Shown piece after piece: positions 19,661 through 24,568 of a stretch of 24,568 nt of DNA; the stretch's first letter is position 1, and each line of letters opens with the position of its first letter. Position numbers and translations under genes: made by a program. The DNA lies in NCBI GenBank assembly GCA_023384315.1, contig JAHDWY010000002.1, forward strand, positions 1 to 24,568. Direction: 5' to 3'. Under the pieces are notes generated by a model. The model ran no database searches. It was not told where the DNA came from and worked only from the letters and a program-made list of their open reading frames with translations. Source of the DNA: Candidatus Hydrogenedentota bacterium (lineage in GTDB: Bacteria > Hydrogenedentota > Hydrogenedentia > Hydrogenedentales > SLHB01).

Positions 19661-20143
19661 TCAGCGGCGGTTGGCGTGGACGAGTTCGTCGAGGCGTTGC
19701 AGGAAACGGGAGCGGTCGGCCTTCGCGAAGGGGGCCGGACCACCGGTCATGGTCCCGTGTTCGCGCATGTGAGACAGGATTTCGCGGGTCGCGAGGGCGT
19801 CGCCGATGGAGGCTTCGGTGAACACACGGCCCTTGGGACCCAGCGCGGCCGCGCCCTGTTTCAAACACCGCGCAGCAAGCGGGATGTCTGCGGTCACCAC
19901 GATGTCCCGTTCGCGGACATGCTCGACGATCCAATCGTCCGCGGCATCGAAACCATCATCGACAACGACGAGTTCAATCCCGTCTTCTTCGGGAACGCGT
20001 ATCCACGCGTTGGCAACAAGCACAACCCGCAGCCCGTAGCGTTTGGCCACGCGATAGACCTCGTCCTTGACCGGGCAGCCGTCCGCGTCGACAAAGATCG
20101 ACGGCGACGTGGGTTCCTCCGAATGCGCGTCGCGGACGGTCAT
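19661..20143 (-). CDS. yaiI: YaiI/YqxD (UPF0178) family protein
   Basis: [42 protein letters not shown]. Confidence 0.9.
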   Translation of the reverse strand: MTVRDAHSEEPTSPSIFVDADGCPVKDEVYRVAKRYGLRVVLVANAWIRVPEEDGIELVVVDDGFDAADDWIVEHVRERDIVVTADIPLAARCLKQGAAALGPKGRVFTEASIGDALATREILSHMREHGTMTGGPAPFAKADRSRFLQRLDELVHANRR

Positions 20144-20160
20144 CTACGATACGTTTCCCT

Positions 20161-20514
20161 CTATGACGAATGGAGCGCGATGCGGTTGCCTTCGCTGTCG
20201 AACACGACGGCGCGGCTCCCCCACGGTTCGATGGAGCGCGGCGGCTGCAAGACTTTTCCGCCATTGGCTTCGACCGCCGCAACGGCCGCGTCGAGCCGGC
20301 CATCGCAGTTGAAGTACAGGAGTGCGCCGTTGCTGGACGGTTCCATGCCCGGTTTCGAGTACAGGCAGCCGGACATCTCCCCCGCTCCGTGTTCGATGAC
20401 GGCGACGCCGGGACGGTCTTCGACGACCTTCGCGCCGAGTACGGCCGAGTAGAACTGGATTGCCCGTTTCAGATCGCTGACAGGCAAGTCGAACCAAATC
20501 ACGCGGTTGGCCAT
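20161..20514 (-). CDS. VOC/glyoxalase-bleomycin resistance family protein
   Basis: 117 aa from ATG 20514 (RBS GAAGGAG): WFDLPVSDLKRAIQFYSAVLG…GGKVL…FDSEGNRIALHS. Confidence 0.9.
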   Translation of the reverse strand: MANRVIWFDLPVSDLKRAIQFYSAVLGAKVVEDRPGVAVIEHGAGEMSGCLYSKPGMEPSSNGALLYFNCDGRLDAAVAAVEANGGKVLQPPRSIEPWGSRAVVFDSEGNRIALHSS

Positions 20515-20539
20515 GAGAAATGCTCCTTCGAATTTCCCG

Positions 20540-20604
20540 CGCGCAACGTTGTGTTGCGCGACGGACCCCCATTTGCGCCTCCGCCGGCCGTTCACCGGCG
20601 AAGG
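20540..20604 (-). other. Two hairpins in the leader of the VOC gene
   Basis: cgcgcaac-gttgt-gttgcgcg (20540-20560, 8 bp stem) and cctccgccgg/ccggcgaagg (20578-20604, 10 bp stem with one G-U pair on the minus strand). Confidence 0.45.
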
Positions 20605-20661
20605 CATCCCCCTAACGGTAGCACGAGCGGGTTGGACGCGGCCAATTCTGCGTGCGAGAAC

Positions 20662-20862
20662 TCAGTCGTGGTGATCCGCCGGACGAAGATTCTCGGCATC
20701 CGCGAGTTTCCCGGCGAGTTGCGCGGGATTGTGAATGAGAATCGGCAAGTGCTGCGGACAAATCCACGTTCGTTCGCCGCGGTATTCGAGGGGAATCAAC
20801 GGCGTGGCATCGGAATCGCGTTCGCACGCCAGGCATCGGGGGATCGGTTCGTACTTGGTCAC
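20662..20862 (-). CDS. 66-aa putative metal-binding mini-protein (CxxC…CPQH)
   Basis: GTG start with GGAGG RBS 7 nt upstream; CLAC-x21-CPQH; His-rich end ADHHD; co-oriented with its neighbours. Confidence 0.7.
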   Translation of the reverse strand: MTKYEPIPRCLACERDSDATPLIPLEYRGERTWICPQHLPILIHNPAQLAGKLADAENLRPADHHD

Positions 20863-20910
20863 GGGAGGAACCTCCGTTCGGTTAGCGCTTGGTCTGGCCG
20901 TTATTCTATC

Positions 20911-21018
20911 GAAGTGCGATGGGCATTACGACGCGAATGCCTCCCGAACTGCGGTGCGCTTCGTTACAGCGAAGGCAAGCCTTCGCACTCCACAGGGCCG
21001 AAACACGGTGGCGGAGTG
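20911..21018. repeat. REP-like palindrome (GCGAAGGCAAGCCTTCGCACTCCA)
   Basis: Hairpin gcgaagg-caag-ccttcgc (20969-20986) followed by ACTCCA. Complementary gaagtgcg at 20911 and ggagtg at 21013-21018. Confidence 0.6.
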
Positions 21019-21030
21019 GACGAAGAATGT

Positions 21031-21103
21031 GGACAGCCTGCATTTTCCTTCTTGATTGCCGAGTAAATGACTCAAGCGCAGAGAAGGAAAATGGAGGCTG
21101 TCC
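21031..21103. repeat. 22-bp inverted repeat with 29-nt spacer
   Basis: ggacagcctgcattttccttct (21031-21052) versus agaaggaaaatggaggctgtcc (21082-21103): one mismatch. Confidence 0.9.
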
Positions 21104-21170
21104 CTGCTTTTCACCAATATTGGTGATCCTGACACGCGCGAACACAACACGCCGCGCGACCGCTTTCAAC

Positions 21171-21254
21171 CACTCCGAAGGAGTGCAACAGGACAGCCCA
21201 GGGCAACGCCCTGGGAATTCGCGTAGCCCCACTACTGGCTGCCCTGAAAGGGCA
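21171..21254. repeat. REP-like triple mini-hairpin element
   Basis: cactcc-gaa-ggagtg (21171-21185), cccagggc-aac-gccctggg (21197-21215), tgccct-gaa-agggca (21240-21254). Confidence 0.8.
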
Positions 21255-21268
21255 AAACACGAAACCTC

Positions 21269-22924
21269 TTACTTCCGAACGTAGACCTGGTACTCGTAGG
21301 TCAGGTTCTTCTCTTCGCCGGAGGCGAGTTCGATCTCCCACGTCAACTCATGTTTGGGATTGGTCTGTTTGAGACCTTTGCCAGTCTGCACGTCTTTAGC
21401 GGCGGGCGTGGTGTTGAGCACTTTGCCCGACAACTCTTTCGTAATCTCCATGGTGACGGCCTTGCCGTGGCGGTTGCGTACGCGGAGTTCGCCGCGCAAC
21501 GTGACAAGGTCGTAGGCCCAACCCTGGAAGCTCGACGCGTTCATGACGCGATCCGTTTCGATCTCCGCCTGTTCCGCGAGGACGTTCATGGCGCGGTTGA
21601 TCCGGATCGTCGTTTCCGCGCCGGGCGCGGTGTAGTAGCAGATGTCCTGGCCGGTAAACGCGCCCTTGGTGACAAACTCGGCGGGCGCGGTGGTCAACGG
21701 CATGTCCAACGGATTCACGATGCGGCAGGAGTGCCAGACCTCTTCCGGATTGATACCTTCCGGCGCGTTGGGCTGACCCGCATACTGGCCTTCGCTATTG
21801 AGAAAGTCCGCAATCTTCCAGGTGTAAATATGCTTGTAAGGCACATCTGCTGTGAATAGCGGAATCCACGCCGTCTCGCCACGCTTCAACGTGATCCGGT
21901 CAACGGGATAAAGGAAGAGATCCTCTGCGGCGGCGCCTTCGGCCGCAGTCGAGTACGAGGGCAAGGGCACGTCGCTCGGACTGAAGAAGACCGCCGCATT
22001 AGACATGACGGCCTGTTGCATGACCACGTTGCGATTGGATTCGCTCGCGCCACGGGTCAGGGCTTCGAGAAACTCGGCGAGTTTCTGGCTCTGCGCGACG
22101 GGGCTGACGACATCGCTGAACTTGATGTTCGGAAACCCGGTGATCAGTTCCAGGTCCACGTTGTCGAGATCGGCCACCTCGTTGATGACCAAGGCCCGCG
22201 CGCTGAACCGCGCCGTCTCAGGATCGGAGAGGTCGATGCGGTACGCAGGCGACCACGTGATGCCGCGGGCGAGATAGCTGACGGACACCTGCTCCCCCGC
22301 TGCAGGCGCGTTTAATTCCATGCGGATGGCGGGCCGCTTCTGCGGTACCGGGACCGTGCCGGATACATCGCCGCCTTCCACGTGCGCGCTGACGACGGTG
22401 TGCGGATTCACCGCGACGATTCCGGATTCCGTTTCGATCATGACGAGTTGCCCGCCGCCCGCCGGAGGCATGAAACGGGCTTCCGCCGGTTCGGGCGAAC
22501 GTCCGCCCATGAAGTAAGGATTGGTTTCGGCAGAGGTTTTCACATCGGCGAAGGGCAAGATGATCCCGCGAATCGGCTCCAGTCCTTCCTGCGGCAGGTA
22601 AAGCATCACGCGCTTCCCCACGTTTCCGTAGAGGAGATCGGCAACGGACTGTGCCGCGCGCTGGTCCTCGAAGTCTTCCATGCCCGTGATGAGCGAACGC
22701 AGTTTCAGTTCTTCAGGGTACGCCACCCAGAAGGTGCCCAGCGACGGTACCGGAAGCTGTCCGAGCCGGACCGTGCTCGCGCCTTCAGGCAGGCTCGCGG
22801 AGGCGTTGAAATAGCCGAGGCCGTTCTTGAAAAGCGCGACTTTCTGGATGGTAACCGGGGCATCGGCGGACGCGGCCTCCGCGTGGGCGGAAAACGCAAT
22901 AGCGAGGAGCGCGGCGGATACCAT
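21269..22924 (-). CDS. Secreted DUF4139/DUF4140-like protein
   Basis: Signal peptide (…AHAEA), VALFKNGLGYF, SYLARGITWSPAYRIDL, C-terminal LTWEIELASGEEKNLTYEYQV; RBS GAAGGAG. Confidence 0.8.
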   Translation of the reverse strand: MVSAALLAIAFSAHAEAASADAPVTIQKVALFKNGLGYFNASASLPEGASTVRLGQLPVPSLGTFWVAYPEELKLRSLITGMEDFEDQRAAQSVADLLYGNVGKRVMLYLPQEGLEPIRGIILPFADVKTSAETNPYFMGGRSPEPAEARFMPPAGGGQLVMIETESGIVAVNPHTVVSAHVEGGDVSGTVPVPQKRPAIRMELNAPAAGEQVSVSYLARGITWSPAYRIDLSDPETARFSARALVINEVADLDNVDLELITGFPNIKFSDVVSPVAQSQKLAEFLEALTRGASESNRNVVMQQAVMSNAAVFFSPSDVPLPSYSTAAEGAAAEDLFLYPVDRITLKRGETAWIPLFTADVPYKHIYTWKIADFLNSEGQYAGQPNAPEGINPEEVWHSCRIVNPLDMPLTTAPAEFVTKGAFTGQDICYYTAPGAETTIRINRAMNVLAEQAEIETDRVMNASSFQGWAYDLVTLRGELRVRNRHGKAVTMEITKELSGKVLNTTPAAKDVQTGKGLKQTNPKHELTWEIELASGEEKNLTYEYQVYVRK

Positions 22925-22965
22925 TGCTGAATCTCCTTCGTGGACTCGGCGTGTAGGACCGGTGC

Positions 22966-23001
22966 TATGGACGATACGGACGTTATGGACAGTATGGACG
23001 G
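22966..23001. repeat. Four degenerate 9-bp tandem repeats (TATGGACNN)
   Basis: tatggacga tacggacgt tatggacag tatggacgg. Confidence 0.85.
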
Positions 23002-23051
23002 ACCTGCGCCGGAAGTTGTGAAGAAAATGTCAGGCGAATGCAAAAGGAAGT

Positions 23052-23819
23052 TCAGGAAACAGATTCACCGGCATCCGGTTTGAGTGCGCGGACGACTTCG
23101 TCATAGTCGTACACCGGGGCGATCGCTTCGCCGGGCTTGAGGACGAGGAAGTCTTCCTCGTTCCAATCGCCGTTGACCATCTTACGGATGAGATCCGTCG
23201 ACCCTTCGATGACAACGAAGTCTTTGCCTTGCGCTTCCGCCTTCTTGCGGCACGCGTCCGCGTAGCCCAGGTGTTTGAATTCCGGCACTTCGATAAAGAC
23301 GACCTTGCCGTCCTGCGGATAGTCGGGATGAAGCGTATCCCACAGGAACTTCGCGTTCTCTTCGCCATACTGTTCGACGAACGCCTCGTAAGGCACATCG
23401 TAACCGGAACGTTCGCGGAATTCGTCCGTCTCGCGGACGAAGTCTCCGCCGTGTTCGAGGTATCCCGCGGAGCTAAAGGCCTGGCTGGGGTTGTCCGCGA
23501 AATGCTCCTTCATCCGCTGCTTCGAGCCGAGGAAGAGCGTGCAGCAGTCGTGCGCGCGCGGAATGACCAACGGCGCGCCATGACTCACCAAGCCGGCCGT
23601 CGCATTACCGCAAAGGCCGAGTCCGAGGACGATAGCGTCGTACCCTTTGCCGGACTCATTTGCGGCATCGATGCTGCGTTGAATGAGTCCACGCAGGTAG
23701 CCAGGTTCGTTGTGGGCCCCCTTCGGCGTGAACTCGAGATCGATCACATGCCGGCTCGTCGCCACGCAATGGCAAATCTCGCGGGTGAAGACTTCGCAAG
23801 CTATGAGTTTGAGAAGCAT
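23052..23819 (-). CDS. DUF1638 family protein
   Basis: LIACEVFTREI, GYDAIVLGLGLCGN, IPRAHDCCTLFLGS. Confidence 0.85.
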   Translation of the reverse strand: MLLKLIACEVFTREICHCVATSRHVIDLEFTPKGAHNEPGYLRGLIQRSIDAANESGKGYDAIVLGLGLCGNATAGLVSHGAPLVIPRAHDCCTLFLGSKQRMKEHFADNPSQAFSSAGYLEHGGDFVRETDEFRERSGYDVPYEAFVEQYGEENAKFLWDTLHPDYPQDGKVVFIEVPEFKHLGYADACRKKAEAQGKDFVVIEGSTDLIRKMVNGDWNEEDFLVLKPGEAIAPVYDYDEVVRALKPDAGESVS

Positions 23820-23834
23820 GGCGCGGAATTCTAA

Positions 23835-24568
23835 CTACTCAGGCACCGGATGGTCCAGCGACGCAATCGCTCGCAGTCCCGAGATGACGGCGTCGGTCAT
23901 AGGAAAGCCGCGCCCTAGCGTCAATACATCGGCCCTTCCACCGACGTAGTACACCGTTCCTCCGCGATGGTTGAGGCCAGGCCATTCAATGAGGATCGGG
24001 ACTTTCCAATGACCCCCATACTCCAGAAGCGCTTCACGCGTGAGTTTGATTCGAGGTAGCACGCGTTGCTCGCCGTCGATCGTAACAACAAGATCCTCAT
24101 CGCGCGTCTCAAGGTCGAGCGTCTTGTACGCTTCAATGAACGCCAGCCCTTCCTCTTCCGACCGAATGGCCCAAGGAAGGTAGCAGAAGCTGTCATCGTT
24201 GAACGCGTCGACTCCCAAATCGTCGTTCTTGTGCGCAACACTGGGAGGCCGACGTGCGGAACTCCACTCGCACTGAACCCAGCATGAATTGTCGAGGTAC
24301 TCCGGATAGAATCCGGCAGGTTCGATCATCAGGTTTCCCCGGATCTTGCTGATGGGCGGCACGGCGCCATCGTGACTTTCCGCATAGTACTTCAGCGCGA
24401 CGTACACGTGCCAAACATCGTTCGGACAACTTGCGGCCCGCGATCGACTTCGCAACTCGCCCAACCCGAAGTAGGTGCCGGCTATACACACCAACACGAC
24501 GAGTAGGCACCCAAGCGCGATACGAGTCTTGGCAGGACGTGAACTCGTCGGCTGCGATTCATTGCCTT
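23835..24568 (-). CDS. DUF1559-like / pseudopilin-like membrane-anchored protein, 5' end probably outside the window
   Basis: The frame is open from the window edge (…PAKTRIALGCLLVVLVCIAG). TM helix then RSRAASCPND…LKYYAESHDG, resembling the 'ARRASCxNNLKQ…YA' motif. C-terminal NHRGGTVYYVGG resembles a degenerate H-X9-DG motif. Confidence 0.55.
   Translation of the reverse strand, partial: GNESQPTSSRPAKTRIALGCLLVVLVCIAGTYFGLGELRSRSRAASCPNDVWHVYVALKYYAESHDGAVPPISKIRGNLMIEPAGFYPEYLDNSCWVQCEWSSARRPPSVAHKNDDLGVDAFNDDSFCYLPWAIRSEEEGLAFIEAYKTLDLETRDEDLVVTIDGEQRVLPRIKLTREALLEYGGHWKVPILIEWPGLNHRGGTVYYVGGRADVLTLGRGFPMTDAVISGLRAIASLDHPVPE

Noticed and set aside
10379-20452. Plus-strand ORFs 10379-11725, 14425-15720, 16347-17186, 18091-18954, 19541-20452
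   Set aside because: They lie opposite well-supported minus-strand genes and are typical shadow frames.
12124-20607. Upstream starts given by the ORF track (12124, 14533, 16228, 17633, 19548, 20607)
   Set aside because: The extensions overlap neighbouring genes or lack family similarity; downstream ATGs, most with a recognisable RBS, fit better.
12218-23001. CRISPR array, tRNA/rRNA or transposase interpretation of the repeats
   Set aside because: No repeat-spacer periodicity, no cloverleaf or rRNA-like segments, and no transposase or integrase ORF in the window.

Overview
GC-rich (roughly 60-65%) bacterial window in which all 15 supportable genes lie on the minus strand. The gene repertoire (Tat-exported Gfo/Idh/MocA paralogs, HEAT-repeat protein, DUF1559-like pseudopilin, palindromic REP-like elements) suggests a PVC- or Hydrogenedentota-like organism; this is inference. 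In transcription order: a DUF1559-like protein (5'-truncated), DUF1638, DUF4139, a 66-aa Cys/His mini-protein, VOC/glyoxalase, YaiI/YqxD, PrpD, a small Zn-ribbon membrane protein, two Tat Gfo/Idh/MocA oxidoreductases split by a low-GC lipoprotein gene, a secreted HEAT-repeat protein, a GT-C-like membrane glycosyltransferase, then the start of a hybrid PKS-NRPS cluster. The highlight is a 2515-aa FAAL-ACP-KS-AT-KR-ACP-sulfotransferase protein. It has the cyanobacterial olefin synthase (Ols)/CurM layout but no terminal thioesterase. It ends instead in an acidic docking-type tail and overlaps (ATGA) an NRPS that opens with a TubC-type docking domain followed by C-A. That NRPS is absent from the ORF track because it runs off the window edge. 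The layout predicts that a 3-O-sulfated fatty-acyl chain is kept and passed into peptide assembly (a sulfo-lipopeptide) rather than eliminated to an alkene. Several distinct palindromic or short-tandem repeat elements occupy the intergenic regions.
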